From an uncultured Thermodesulfobacteriota bacterium (GTDB taxonomy: Bacteria > Desulfobacterota > GWC2-55-46 > JADFVP01), in contig CAYOVP010000003.1 of assembly GCA_964407495.1 (NCBI GenBank), positions 1,484-65,483 of the forward strand: a DNA stretch of 64,000 bases, given 5' to 3'. Positions 47,436 to 57,953 of the stretch are shown here, one piece after another; within the stretch, counting starts at the first letter, position 1; every line of letters begins with the position of its first letter. The translations under genes and the position numbers were made by a program. A model generated the notes under the pieces. That model saw only the letters and a list, made by a program, of their open reading frames with translations. It was not told the origin of the DNA and made no database searches.

Positions 47436-48227
47436 GTGCTGATACTCCTCAAGACCGCGGCCATCCTCTATGTGCTCCATGTGCTCGTCACGCTCACGGG
47501 TCGCACCGGAAAGTGCAGACTCACGTCGCGCATATCCACGGCGCTCATACTCCTGGGTCTCACCTCCCATACCGCGGCCCTTGTCATGCGTGTAGCGGCC
47601 ACGGCCCACGCCCCCATGGCGAGCATGTTCGAGACCCTTGTCTTCTATGCATGGACAACGGCAGTTGTAACCCTCGTAGTAATCCTGCGTTACAAAGAAC
47701 GCGCCCCAGGTGCCATAACCCTGCCCGTGGCCGTGGCAGCCCTCGTCTTCGCCATATCGAGGTATGAGCCGGGCCGCCCCCTGAACCTCATACTCCGCAC
47801 CCACTGGTTCGAGGCACATGTTACGCTCTCCTTCGCGGCATACGCCCTCTTCACACTGGCCTTTGCCGGGGCGGTTCTCTTTCTTTTCGGTTCCTTCAGG
47901 AGTGGGCCTGCCGGCCCCAAGGTCTCTATCAGAAAATACGAGGACATCGCCGAGAAAGGCGTTCTCTGGGGCTTTCTCCTCTTCTCCGGGGCCATGATAT
48001 CCGGGGCTGTCTGGGCATACCTCGCCTGGGGTACGTACTGGCTCTGGGAACCAAAATCCATCTGGAGTTTTATCCTCTGGTTCTACTACGCCGGGGCAAT
48101 GCACGCATGGTACATAAAAAGATGGCGCGGAAGAGGCCTCGCCGTGGCAACGGTCATAGGCTTTGGCCTCGTCCTCTTCACCTACCTCGGCGTGAGCCTC
48201 CTCATGAAGAGTAGCCATATGTTCTGA
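47436..48227 (+). CDS. ccsA: System II cytochrome c synthase subunit (CcsA/ResC)
   Basis: HAP, HV, WAYLAWGTYWLWEPKS (WWD motif variant), MH, C-terminal H; no resB/ccsB adjacent. Confidence 0.82.
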   Translation: MLILLKTAAILYVLHVLVTLTGRTGKCRLTSRISTALILLGLTSHTAALVMRVAATAHAPMASMFETLVFYAWTTAVVTLVVILRYKERAPGAITLPVAVAALVFAISRYEPGRPLNLILRTHWFEAHVTLSFAAYALFTLAFAGAVLFLFGSFRSGPAGPKVSIRKYEDIAEKGVLWGFLLFSGAMISGAVWAYLAWGTYWLWEPKSIWSFILWFYYAGAMHAWYIKRWRGRGLAVATVIGFGLVLFTYLGVSLLMKSSHMF

Positions 48228-48278
48228 GCGGGGTTGCGAGTAAAAGGGAAGATAAGAAAAAAGAGGGGGGGGATTTCC

Positions 48279-48320
48279 CCACTTTCTTTTAGAAAAAAGA
48301 AAGTGGGGCAAAGAAAACCA
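48279..48320 (-). repeat. Family-1 dispersed hairpin repeat, copy E
   Basis: Reverse complement TTGGTTTTCTTTGCCCCACTTTCTTTT-TTCT-AAAAGAAAGTGG. Confidence 0.85.
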
Positions 48321-48383
48321 ATAATAAGTAGGTTATTTGGTGGGCAGTGCCCACCCAGCGTGGCTGCGAAGAAGAGTTTTTTC

Positions 48384-48552
48384 GTAGGTTGGGTTGGTTT
48401 TTTCAACCCAACGGTATTTTTTAACCAAGGGGGTTGTTGGGTTTCGCTGCGCTCTACCCAACCTACTGTGCTTTGTTGGGTTGGTTTTATCAACACAACG
48501 GTATTTTGGTTGTTTTCTTAAATTGTTGGGTTTCGCTTACGCTCTACCCAAC
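48384..48552. repeat. Two tandem REP doublets (REPIN-like)
   Basis: Forward GTAGGTTGGGTTG..CAACCCAAC (48384-48412; 48475-48499) paired with reverse copies of GTTGGGTAGAGCG..AGCGAAACCCAAC (48436-48466, with GTAG end; 48525-48552). Confidence 0.85.
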
Positions 48553-48590
48553 GGGGCTGCCCAAGTTTTTTTGTAACCCTTTGGTGTACT

Positions 48591-48992
48591 TTACCAGAAG
48601 CGGACCTTGAGAAGAGAGACAGACCCTCTTATCTCTGCGGTCTGTGTTGTCTTGTCAAAGGAGGACTTGGTCTTTACCGTTGGGATGTGGAGGCTGAGCC
48701 TTCCTCCCTCGAGTTCACCAAAGGCACGGTCCTGGACAGCCTCGCTCGTGATTATCCCGTAGGCCGTGCCAAGGAGCACACCAGCGCCTATGCCAGTGGG
48801 GATGTAGCCGAGGTTATCGCTGGGGTGGTCGGTGATGAGTACCACGGCGCCGGAGACGAGCCCGCCTATGACACCGCCGTAGATGGCGCTTCGCACTGTA
48901 TGCGCAAGGGAGTCTTCGGCAAGTGCCCGGGAACATGGAACGAGCAGTAGGGAGAGAACGATAATGATCAGGAACTTCTTCAGGTGTCTCAT
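48591..48992 (-). CDS. Hypothetical exported protein with glycine-zipper TM hairpin
   Basis: Signal peptide, GGVIGGLVSG and GIGAGVLLG segments, C-terminal beta strand ending in W; own promoter. Confidence 0.65.
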   Translation of the reverse strand: MRHLKKFLIIIVLSLLLVPCSRALAEDSLAHTVRSAIYGGVIGGLVSGAVVLITDHPSDNLGYIPTGIGAGVLLGTAYGIITSEAVQDRAFGELEGGRLSLHIPTVKTKSSFDKTTQTAEIRGSVSLLKVRFW

Positions 48993-49105
48993 GGATTTTC
49001 CCCTCGTGGTTTTGTAGTGTTCGGATTGAAGATCGGTTCAGTCTTTCCAACAGGGTCTTTGGTTCCATAAGCAAAGACAGCAACTTTTTAAGTCGTACTC
49101 CGTCT

Positions 49106-49134
49106 TTTATAACTCACGTTTTCTTTAATGTCAA
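49106..49134 (-). promoter_or_regulatory. sigma70-type promoter of the 48992 gene
   Basis: TTGACA-17-TATAAA on the minus strand. Confidence 0.6.
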
Positions 49135-49223
49135 CATGGTGTAATAAGACCGCTTCTTGGGTTCTGGGTGGCACTCTTACCCAGACCACATTCGCGGCTT
49201 CTTGCACTCCTATTCCTTGGCAC

Positions 49224-49260
49224 AAAAAAAAACGCCGCAACCCATGGTTGGGTGGCGGCG
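49224..49260 (-). terminator. Intrinsic terminator of the DEAD-box helicase gene
   Basis: CGCCGCCACCCA-ACCA-TGGGTTGCGGCG followed by U9. Confidence 0.8.
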
Positions 49261-49305
49261 GTCTGTCTCTGCGGTGGCCTTGGCTCCGGCTGAAGAATAT
49301 GCTCC

Positions 49306-50583
49306 TCAGCGGTGCGAAGTACCCCTGCTCTCATAATCCCCTCGGCCCCTTCGGCCTCTTGAGCGCGGGTTGAAGGAGGCTCGCCCCTGGCCGTTTCTCT
49401 GTTGCCTCCTCTGCCCCCCGCCGTAGCGTTGCACGCGGTGGCCTTCTTCAGGGCACTCGTCGTAGCAAAACCCCTCTACCTGTCTTACAGGGATATCGCG
49501 CTTGAGGAGCCTCTGGATGTTCCTAAGAAGTCCCTGCTCGCCCCGGCAGACAAGAGAGAGGGCCGTGCCCTCTTCACCGGCCCTTCCCGTGCGTCCGATG
49601 CGGTGAACGTAATCCTCTGGGACGTTTGGAAGGTCAAAGTTGACTACATGGGGCAGGTGGTCTATGTCGAGTCCACGCGAGGCAACGTCTGTTGCCACAA
49701 GCGTCCTTACGGCACCTCGCTTGAAGTCGGCCAGGGCCTTTGTGCGTGCGGCCTGGCTCTTGTTGCCGTGTATGGCCGTGGCCGTTATGCCGTCTCGCTG
49801 GAGTTGAGTGGCAAGGCGGTTGGCCCCGTGTTTTGTACGCGTGAATACAAGGACGCGCTTCCAGTTGTCTGTCTTTATGAGATGCGAGAGGAGTTCGCGT
49901 TTTTCCGAGTGCCCCACAGGGTGCACCACCTGGCTTATTGTCTCGGCGGCAATGTTCTTCCTTGCCACCTCCACGAACTCGGGGTTATGCAGAAATTCGT
50001 CGGCAAGTGCCTTTATCTCGTCAGAGTAGGTGGCCGAGAAGAGGAGGTTCTGTCTCTTTACAGGCAAGAGTTTCATTATCCGCTTTATGTCGTGGATAAA
50101 TCCCATGTCCAGCATGCGGTCGGCCTCGTCAAGTATGAGTATCTCCACCTTGGAGAGATTTACCGTTCGCTGTGAGGCATGGTCGAGGAGGCGTCCTGGC
50201 GTGGCAACGAGTATGTCCACACCACGGCGAAGTCTCTCTATCTGGGGGTTTATGCCGACACCACCGAAGACGACGCAGGACCTGAGTGGCATGTGTCTTC
50301 CATAGGTGCGAACGCTCGAGGCTACCTGTGCGGCCAGTTCGCGTGTTGGGGTAAGGACGAGGGCGCGTGGAAATCGTCCCCTGCCACCCTTACCGAGTAT
50401 CTGGAGCATGGGCAGTGTAAAGGCCGCCGTCTTTCCCGTTCCCGTCTGAGCGCCTGCAAGTATGTCTCGTCGTTCCAGCACCAATGGGATTGTACGGGCC
50501 TGTACAGGTGTGGGTGTTGTGTAGCCCTCGGCTTGGACTGCGCGCAGTAGTTCGGCCTGAAGACCGAGTTTCTCGAACTTCAT
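49306..50583 (-). CDS. rhlE: DEAD-box RNA helicase (RhlE-like)
   Basis: [43 protein letters not shown]; RG-rich tail. Confidence 0.88.
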   Translation of the reverse strand: MKFEKLGLQAELLRAVQAEGYTTPTPVQARTIPLVLERRDILAGAQTGTGKTAAFTLPMLQILGKGGRGRFPRALVLTPTRELAAQVASSVRTYGRHMPLRSCVVFGGVGINPQIERLRRGVDILVATPGRLLDHASQRTVNLSKVEILILDEADRMLDMGFIHDIKRIMKLLPVKRQNLLFSATYSDEIKALADEFLHNPEFVEVARKNIAAETISQVVHPVGHSEKRELLSHLIKTDNWKRVLVFTRTKHGANRLATQLQRDGITATAIHGNKSQAARTKALADFKRGAVRTLVATDVASRGLDIDHLPHVVNFDLPNVPEDYVHRIGRTGRAGEEGTALSLVCRGEQGLLRNIQRLLKRDIPVRQVEGFCYDECPEEGHRVQRYGGGQRRQQRNGQGRASFNPRSRGRRGRGDYESRGTSHR

Positions 50584-50874
50584 ATAATTCTCCATCTAAA
50601 TCGCCTGCCCCTTGAAGGGCCGGTCCAGGCTGTATTCTTGAGGTTATTGCGGGGAAAGGGTTGAAGGACTTCTCTCGTTATGGAAGGTATATCAACCTTG
50701 ACTCTGCACGTACCGACCGGTTGGCACCAAGTGTAAATATAAATATAGCACGTGGTGAAGAGAATGTATAGGAAAATAAAAAAACTTCTGATCGGGCAGG
50801 TCGTCCCGCAAATAGAGAGAAAAAAGAAAGGAGAGAGTCTGGGGCTAAGCGCACCAGGATACGAAAAGACCTTT

Positions 50875-50918
50875 CCATTTTCTTTTGGGAAAAAGAAAGT
50901 GGAGTGAAGAAAACCAAT
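50875..50918 (-). repeat. Family-1 dispersed hairpin repeat, copy F
   Basis: Reverse complement TTGGTTTTCTTCACTCCACTTTCTTTT-TCCC-AAAAGAAAATGG. Confidence 0.8.
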
Positions 50919-50987
50919 TGGAAAAACTTTTAGGGTAGGCGGGTGAGCACTGCCCAGCGAAAACTACGCCCCCCTTCTACTCGGTCC

Positions 50988-51770
50988 TCATGCCCCTGTC
51001 TTCCACCAGATTATGGCCGACCTCTTGTGTATCCTCGATACGAGGCCGTTACCGCTTTTTTCGAGTTTTTTGCCGAGAAACTCGCGAAGCGTCCTGTCGT
51101 GTTCTTCTGTCACGAGGCACATGTGTTCCTTCCAGAACTCCACCGCCTCGTCGAGCGACACAAAGGGCTGGTCGAAATCGTACTCCACTATGCGTACGTT
51201 GGCGTAGATACCCATCTCGTGAAGGGCCGTGTAGGTGGCAAGGTAGTCCTTCCTTGGGCCGAACTCGCGGTTGAAGATGAGGGGGTAGAGTTCCTTGTAG
51301 TAGAACTTGTCGGCTCTGGGCCCGGCACCCTCTACGAGAAAGACGTACATCCCGGCCTTTTCGGAGGCCTCTCTGAGAAAGTCCGTCGAGCCCTTCAGGA
51401 GCCCTGGTACGTTGGCGCAGATGATAACATCCACAGGCTCTACGCACTCGGCCTCCCATGGCCTGATAATGGTCTTTATGTTCTTCAGACCAAGTCTCTT
51501 GATATCCTCCTGGAGTATGCTGATCATGGCCGCCGAGGGATCAAGGGCGGTTACGTCCTTTCCGGCCTTTGCCAGCGGTATGGCAAGGGAGCCGCAACCT
51601 GCGCCGACGTCAAGAAAGGTCCTGGCACCGGTGGCATGCCTTAGGATGTAAGGCGCTATCACCTTGGGAAAGGTAGAACCCTCGAGCCCGCGTCTGTACC
51701 ACCTGGCCTTTAGAGTATTCCAGAACCCGGGCCTGTTTCTGAATGTCCCGTGGCCACTCTCATTTTTCAT
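50988..51770 (-). CDS. Class I SAM-dependent methyltransferase
   Basis: FLDVGAGCGSLA, VTALDPS; start overlaps the stop of the AsmA-like gene. Confidence 0.85.
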   Translation of the reverse strand: MKNESGHGTFRNRPGFWNTLKARWYRRGLEGSTFPKVIAPYILRHATGARTFLDVGAGCGSLAIPLAKAGKDVTALDPSAAMISILQEDIKRLGLKNIKTIIRPWEAECVEPVDVIICANVPGLLKGSTDFLREASEKAGMYVFLVEGAGPRADKFYYKELYPLIFNREFGPRKDYLATYTALHEMGIYANVRIVEYDFDQPFVSLDEAVEFWKEHMCLVTEEHDRTLREFLGKKLEKSGNGLVSRIHKRSAIIWWKTGA

Positions 51771-54700
51771 CGTCTTCACCCTTGTCCTTTGGTACGAGGA
51801 TATCAGAGCCCATCTGTATTACTTTTATGGGCGATGTGATAAGGCGCTCTATCTTTCCCAGTATCCCCTTCTGTATGTTCTTTATACGCGCAGGCTCTAC
51901 AGACGGTGTCTTCAAGGGACCCTTTATGGTGTAGTAAAGGCTTACGGAAGACTTCTCCTTGCCGCCGATTATCCAGCCAACGAGCGGGATGTTCGTAACG
52001 ATCTTGTCTATAGTGACAAAGGGGTGCACGCCGAGGGTCGAGTCTATGGTCTTCCTGGTTGTGTCCAGGGAGATTACAGCCGACATGCGCATGGAGTCGC
52101 TGTCGAAGAGGAGGTCGTCTGTAGTGATGACGCCCTTTTTTATCTTGAAGTCTCCTGTTATGGAGCGGTAAGGCAGGCCCCTTTTGAAGAGTTCGTCTAT
52201 GGAGATGATATTCACTATGGAGAATATCTTGCTTATCACCTGGAACTTCCACATGCGTCCGTGCTCGGCCTTGACAAAGGCCTTGCCATCGAGGCACCGC
52301 GAGAAGGGCTTGGTCCCTCTGCGGCAGGAGATCTCGATATTACCGTAGAGGTCTCCAGTAAGGATGTCTTTCTTTGCGCCAAGGTCGCGAAGGAGTTCTT
52401 TCAGGTGTATGCCGGTGAGGCTGGCCGAGCCCTCGAAGGTATGGGGGCTTGTCTGCTCCCTGAAGAGGACGGATTTGCCCTTTACCGTCCCTCCCTTTGT
52501 GATGAATACGATCGGGTCCAACCTTATGAACTGGGGGCTCATCAGGATCTCGCTCTTGAAGTCCTTAACTTCCGTGCCGAGGACCCTCCCGCTCTTGATG
52601 CTAATCTTGCCCGTGCCGGTAAGGGGTTTTTCATTGTTCTTTCTTTTTTCTTCAAGACCCAGGTCTCTTATCCTCCGGCTCCAGTCAGCAAGGGCCTCCG
52701 TGCCTTCGCCCCAGATGTCAGAGGTGTCGAGCCTCCTCGAGACGAAGTTCATCTCCATCTTCTTCCTTGCTATGGAGGGCACCTTGATAGAGCCCTGAAA
52801 CTCGCTCGTTCCTATCTTGGCCTTGGGGATACGGATACTTGCCCCTCGGCCATCGAGTTCTGCGAATATCTCCAGTGACTTTACAGGTTCTGCTGCAAGG
52901 GGGCTCGTGAAGTGCCCCTTTTCAAGCGAGATTACACCCTTGTATATGGGCGCCGCCCCCCGGCTCTTGCGCCATGCCTTGAGGATGATGTTCAGCGTTC
53001 CGGCTGTGTCGGCTCTCTTATCGACCAGTGGGGTAATGTCTGCAAGATCATAGAGTCTTGCCTTTCTTGCCTCTACGAAGATATTGTAGGAGCCACTCCT
53101 CTTACCTCGTCCCATGGTGCCCTTGAGGCGGATGCTCGTGGCCAGGGTCTTGAGGTCTGTCTTCTTTATCTCTATGGTGTTTTTCTTTATGAGTAGTTCC
53201 GTGGTCAGTGAGAGGGGCACGCCTGCCTTCTTGCCGAGAAGGGCCCTGTACCCGATACCGGCAGGCCCGAGGTCTGCTTCGTACTTGACCCTCAGGTCCT
53301 CGAGTGGGCCCTTCACCCTTGCCGAGAATGGCACGGCATCTACAGTGGAGAGCCCTTCAAGGGTAGTACCAGTAAAGAAAGCAGAGAGCGTACCGCCGTA
53401 GATGCTGCCCTTGCCATCGAGGCTCAGGTAAGGGGTGGGGCCTGTATAGTCGCGTATATAGCCGTTCAGTGCCATGGAAGAATCTGCGCCGTCTCTCATG
53501 AAGAGGTCCGTAAAGGTGAAGCGCCGGTTGTCTATGTCTATGTTGCCGTCGAGGGAGGTAAAGGAGAGGGGAAAGCCATCGTAGCGGAACGTAGCCTTTC
53601 TGAACCCCAGGTTGACAGAGAACTTTGAACTGCCCTTTACGTCCATCGTACCCTTGAGGATGAACTTGACGCGAGTATCTCCTGTTGCCGAGATACGTCG
53701 GAGTTGCTTCTTTACCGCCTCGCCAGAGTTCCTGAAGAGCCTGATGGTGAGTCCAATGGCGCGGCCCGCGTCCATGTGGCCGAGGAGTGAGAGGTCATAG
53801 GTGAGATGCTTGTTCTTTGCACCTATGTTCTCCATCCTGTAAGAGAGTCTTTCTACGAGACCGGTGCCCACACGGCCTGAGACATCCTTGAAGTCTATTG
53901 TCCCGCCTGTTATGAGGAGTTTTCCAAAGAGGTTGGACACCTCCTCAGGGCCGAGGATCTTGTGTCGGAAACGGAGGCCTTCGAGCCCTGCTTCGAGCCG
54001 CATGACACCAGGCCTTGTGAAGGAGCCCTTCTGGCCGATGGCGCCCATGGTCGCTTTGAGATGAAAGGCCTTTACCGAGACCGCCCCGCCGAGGGGTTGC
54101 ACCTCGTTTATCCAGGCTATCTTTTTGTCCTTGAAGACCCTGTCCATGACCAGGGTCTTGACCGTCTTTGCGGGTATGGGCGTTGACTGAAGGCGAAGGT
54201 CCAGCGCAAGCGTCGAGGGCTTTTCCAAATCGCCCTTGAGATCCGCTTCTCCGCTCACTACGTAATCGTCCATATCGACCTCGGCCTTTCGTATCTCCAG
54301 TTCAATATCCTTCTCTCTCAGACCGAGACGAAAATCAGCCGTTCCTGTGCCGGAGCGAAGGGGCCTTGCCGAGATCTGAGGGGCGAGCATGGTGATGTCT
54401 CTGTAATTGATCCGGCCCCTTGCCCTCAGGCCGTCCTCATAGGTAAAGTCGAGGTCTGTGGAGGCCCGTCCCGAGAGAGTGGGGTGTTTTACGTATGACT
54501 TGAGCCGCGCAAGGTCCATGTCCGCTACTGTGGCACTGCCCCTCAGGCGGAACCTGCCTTCCGGTTTTGTCACCTCGCAACGGGTAAATATCTCTGTGCC
54601 GTCTTCGAGGCCCAGGTTGGCCTGGAACCTGATGGCGTCTTCATGACGTTCCACTCGCCCCCTGCCCATGACCGCCTTCATCATGAAGTCTCTCTCGCCC

Positions 54701-55179
54701 ATCCTGTCTTCCACCACTAGTACGCCGTCTGCGAGGGCCATGGATTTTACGGTGACCATATGTCTTCGTTTTATCACCCTCTCGTATATCTCCCGAAGGG
54801 GCATGGAGCCGTCTGGGCGGCGAAGTACGGCGAGCCGCCAGCCTTCCATGCTCATGCGTTCTACGACTATCTTTCTTAGGAAGAGAGGTAGGATGGAGAT
54901 GTGGAGCCTTACGGCCCTGGCGTCGAGGATACTCTTGTTGCCCTTGCTCATGTGTACGTCCCGGGCCTCGAGGTATGGCGCTGGCAACAAGCCGAGTCTT
55001 GCACTGCCTGCCGTGAGATTCGCACCAGTGACGTCTTCTATGCGTGAGATGATTGCGCCCTTGTACGAGGTTATGTCAATGGGTACGCGCCATAGATAGT
55101 ACGCCGCCGCGAGGGCCGCGCCCATGATAATAACCGCGAGTATGGCGAGGGTCTTTTTTCTGGGTATCAAGGGAGACAA
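51760..55179 (-). CDS. AsmA/YhdP-like envelope-spanning protein
   Basis: N-terminal TM, long beta-rich body, C-terminal AsmA_2-like region (LGVHPFVTIDKIVTNIPLVGWI). Confidence 0.8.
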   Translation of the reverse strand: MSPLIPRKKTLAILAVIIMGAALAAAYYLWRVPIDITSYKGAIISRIEDVTGANLTAGSARLGLLPAPYLEARDVHMSKGNKSILDARAVRLHISILPLFLRKIVVERMSMEGWRLAVLRRPDGSMPLREIYERVIKRRHMVTVKSMALADGVLVVEDRMGERDFMMKAVMGRGRVERHEDAIRFQANLGLEDGTEIFTRCEVTKPEGRFRLRGSATVADMDLARLKSYVKHPTLSGRASTDLDFTYEDGLRARGRINYRDITMLAPQISARPLRSGTGTADFRLGLREKDIELEIRKAEVDMDDYVVSGEADLKGDLEKPSTLALDLRLQSTPIPAKTVKTLVMDRVFKDKKIAWINEVQPLGGAVSVKAFHLKATMGAIGQKGSFTRPGVMRLEAGLEGLRFRHKILGPEEVSNLFGKLLITGGTIDFKDVSGRVGTGLVERLSYRMENIGAKNKHLTYDLSLLGHMDAGRAIGLTIRLFRNSGEAVKKQLRRISATGDTRVKFILKGTMDVKGSSKFSVNLGFRKATFRYDGFPLSFTSLDGNIDIDNRRFTFTDLFMRDGADSSMALNGYIRDYTGPTPYLSLDGKGSIYGGTLSAFFTGTTLEGLSTVDAVPFSARVKGPLEDLRVKYEADLGPAGIGYRALLGKKAGVPLSLTTELLIKKNTIEIKKTDLKTLATSIRLKGTMGRGKRSGSYNIFVEARKARLYDLADITPLVDKRADTAGTLNIILKAWRKSRGAAPIYKGVISLEKGHFTSPLAAEPVKSLEIFAELDGRGASIRIPKAKIGTSEFQGSIKVPSIARKKMEMNFVSRRLDTSDIWGEGTEALADWSRRIRDLGLEEKRKNNEKPLTGTGKISIKSGRVLGTEVKDFKSEILMSPQFIRLDPIVFITKGGTVKGKSVLFREQTSPHTFEGSASLTGIHLKELLRDLGAKKDILTGDLYGNIEISCRRGTKPFSRCLDGKAFVKAEHGRMWKFQVISKIFSIVNIISIDELFKRGLPYRSITGDFKIKKGVITTDDLLFDSDSMRMSAVISLDTTRKTIDSTLGVHPFVTIDKIVTNIPLVGWIIGGKEKSSVSLYYTIKGPLKTPSVEPARIKNIQKGILGKIERLITSPIKVIQMGSDILVPKDKGEDDEK

Positions 55180-55236
55180 GTCCTGCTCCGAGAGGGTATT
55201 AGAGTGGTGGCGCGCCAGACGCCCTAAGGCGCGTCT

Positions 55237-56373
55237 TCAGAGCCCTGGGATGATCTTTTTAAGCCAACCGGCCCTGGAGGTGATGGCCTCGTTGGGACAC
55301 ATCTCCTGACAACAGAAGCACCTTATGCACTGGTCATAGTCAATTATTATCTTTTTTCCGCTCTTCATGATGCGGGCCGGACAGACGCCCACGCAGAGGT
55401 CGCAGAGCGTGCAACGCGAGTCTATGATGTGGGGCCTGACGGTGAGGGCCTTTCTGAGTCTCGAGCCTATGAAGTATGGGAGTTTATCGGCAAAGTTCGT
55501 GTGCACGAGGGGCGGGAGCCTGAAGTCCTCGACCTCGAAGAGCCCTGGCGCTTCGCCCAGTGTCTCGATATCCTCGTAATCCACGCCAGGCAGGCCCCTC
55601 TCCCGTGCGGCCTCCAGTATGGGGACACTGCTGGCCGGAACGCCCAGAATGCGGGCGCAGACACGGTCGAGGGCGACTGCGTCTTCTGAGGCCGCTATCA
55701 GGCCCACGGGCCGTGGGTCGCCGCTTGCAGGGCCATTACCCTCCATGGCCACCACGGCGTCCATTATGGTGAGCCTCGGGTTTATGTAGAGGTAGAGGTC
55801 GAGTATCATCTGAGCAAAGTACAGAGTGTCAACGCCTGCGCTGAGGTGCCACTGGGGCTTTCTCTTTCCCGGGACACAGCCGAAGATGTTCTTTACCCCC
55901 ATGGTGAGGAGCATCTGGGCATGGGTCTTGAGTTTCGGGAGGTTGATTACGCCGTCGGCCTCCATGACCACACGGGCTACCTCGAGGCGCTTGTAAATAT
56001 GCCCCTCAGGGGTGGAGACGGCCTGGACCTCCTCGAAGCCCCTGTATTCGACGCCCTCGTCCTCGCAGACCGCGAGTATGCCGCACTTGTCGCCCACTTT
56101 GCGGGCGTTCCCGATGGCCGGGCTGTCTCCCACGATTGGAGTTGCCCCTGCCTCGCGAACGAGCCTTATTACTGCACGCACCACCGACGGGTGGGTCGTG
56201 ACAGCGGCATCCACAGGCTTGGCGGCAAGGAGGTTGGGCTTCAGGACGATCCTCTCGCCGGGGCTTACGAAGGCGTCCATGCCGCCCATGTGTCCAAGGG
56301 CCCTGCGTATTGCCTCGTAGACCCTCTCCTGCTCATAGTCGCCGCATTTTTCTAATGATACTATTCTGCCCAT
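55237..56373 (-). CDS. DUF362 domain protein with C-terminal 2x[4Fe-4S] ferredoxin
   Basis: LKPNL, TTHP, INLPKLKTH, GVKNIFG, AMEGNGP; CTLCDLCVGVCP and CIRCFCCQEMCP. Confidence 0.88.
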   Translation of the reverse strand: MGRIVSLEKCGDYEQERVYEAIRRALGHMGGMDAFVSPGERIVLKPNLLAAKPVDAAVTTHPSVVRAVIRLVREAGATPIVGDSPAIGNARKVGDKCGILAVCEDEGVEYRGFEEVQAVSTPEGHIYKRLEVARVVMEADGVINLPKLKTHAQMLLTMGVKNIFGCVPGKRKPQWHLSAGVDTLYFAQMILDLYLYINPRLTIMDAVVAMEGNGPASGDPRPVGLIAASEDAVALDRVCARILGVPASSVPILEAARERGLPGVDYEDIETLGEAPGLFEVEDFRLPPLVHTNFADKLPYFIGSRLRKALTVRPHIIDSRCTLCDLCVGVCPARIMKSGKKIIIDYDQCIRCFCCQEMCPNEAITSRAGWLKKIIPGL

Positions 56374-56819
56374 ATCTAAAGCATTCCCAATAGATTTTTA
56401 CTTTCATATTATACCCGAATACAGGTCCCCTGGGTATGACTTTTATCCAGTAGACCAGGGAGAAAACGTACTTCTTGGGCGGGGAACGCAGGTGTTATGG
56501 AGCGTGCCATGTCATATGTATTCTGGGGAGGAGATACCGGGGAGTACTTGCACTGCACCACCGCACTGTTTTGCCGGGCCTTATTAATCGCAGGTGGGGG
56601 CCGCAGGGGTACTGGAGCCTGGAGTGGGTGGAGGGTTGGGCCCCTGTGGCTCCGGGGCTGAGATGGCGATATGAGGAGGCGCAAGCGGGCGCTCCACGCC
56701 CTTTTCGTCGCATAACTCAGTACTTACCCCCGGACCCTGCGTTTATCTTCGTGCCCCGGCTCGTACGCACAGGCCCCCTGCCTTGGGCGGCAAGTGAGGG
56801 TGAGGGGTTAGAGGCACGG

Positions 56820-57953
56820 TTATTTCTTCAGTTTCTTGAGGCGTTCCCGGGCTTTACCGGCCTCAGGGCTATGAGGGTATTTCTCGATGAGTTTCTCAAG
56901 AAGGAGGCGTGCCTCTTTCTTTGAGCCCAGTTTGTCGAAGGAAAAGCCCTCCTTCAGGATGGCCGCAGGGACCTTGTCCCCACCGGGGTATTCCTTTATG
57001 ACCCTGTCAAACTCGAGTATGGCCCTCTCCCAGTCTCCCCGCGTGTAGTATATCTCCCCGAGCCAGTATCTTGCGTGGTCGGCGAGCCTGTTGTGGGGGT
57101 AGAGTTTGAGAAAGCGTCTGAAGGTGGCCGAGGCCTGGTCGTACTTCTTGTCCTTGGTGAGTTTGAATCCGCGAAAGTACAGGGCCTCGGGGTCCGAGGG
57201 TTTTGTCTCTTGTTTTGTCGTGGCAGGGGTTGGCTGCGGTCCTGCCTTGGCGGTCTTTACGCCGGCCGCGCCGCTCTCCTTTGCAACCTCCCCGCCTTGT
57301 CTCTTCCCGGCCACGGCGCTACTTGCCGGAGCGGACCCTTCGGAAGCGGGGGCCTGAGGCGTGAGCCCTGACCCCGGGCCTGAGAGGGGAGGCGGAGACA
57401 CGGCTCCAGGGGCCACCTCGGCTATGCCCGCTTCTATGGACTTCTTGAGGGTTTCCTTGAGTATCCCGATCTCTGATTCCAGTACGCTGATCTGCGTCAT
57501 GGCCGCCGCGGTACTGCTCTTGAGTGTCATGAGTTCATCGTGGTCTGATGTGGCGGCCTCGCCAATGGCGCGTATCTCTTCCTTTATGCCGCGCAGTTCT
57601 TCTTCTATGGATGATATCTCGCTCTCTATCTGGGCACGGGCATTGGCCGACTCTTCGAGGCTTCCCCGCACAAAGGAAAATTCCCTCGTAAGGTCCTCCA
57701 CTGACCTCGTTGTCTCGGCAAGGCTGAGTTTCAGAGCCTCAACGCCTTCTTTGTCCGCGCCTCGGCTCTCGAGGGCGTCGAGACGCTTCTCCAAGACATC
57801 GGTCTTCTTGGCCGTCCGGTCCACCTTGTCCATGTAGTCCTGTTGTTCCTCTGTGACAATGGGAAAACCAGGACCGCACCCATAGGTGGCGAGAAGGAAT
57901 AGGGGTACGATGAAGAGCCCCCTGGCCAGTCTGAAAATCTTCAATCTATCCAT
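56820..57953 (-). CDS. cpoB: Tol-Pal associated CpoB/YbgF (lipoprotein, coiled coil, TPR)
   Basis: LATYGC lipobox, long coiled coil, TPR with ARYWLGE and KYPHSPEA. Confidence 0.85.
   Translation of the reverse strand: MDRLKIFRLARGLFIVPLFLLATYGCGPGFPIVTEEQQDYMDKVDRTAKKTDVLEKRLDALESRGADKEGVEALKLSLAETTRSVEDLTREFSFVRGSLEESANARAQIESEISSIEEELRGIKEEIRAIGEAATSDHDELMTLKSSTAAAMTQISVLESEIGILKETLKKSIEAGIAEVAPGAVSPPPLSGPGSGLTPQAPASEGSAPASSAVAGKRQGGEVAKESGAAGVKTAKAGPQPTPATTKQETKPSDPEALYFRGFKLTKDKKYDQASATFRRFLKLYPHNRLADHARYWLGEIYYTRGDWERAILEFDRVIKEYPGGDKVPAAILKEGFSFDKLGSKKEARLLLEKLIEKYPHSPEAGKARERLKKLKK

Noticed and set aside
48384-48552. Possible CRISPR array
   Set aside because: Units alternate in orientation, spacers resemble each other, and no cas genes are present; REP-type
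56374-56819. Possible tRNA or ncRNA downstream of cpoB (also checked after rdgB, 15364-15669)
   Set aside because: No T-loop (GTTCRA) or cloverleaf on either strand
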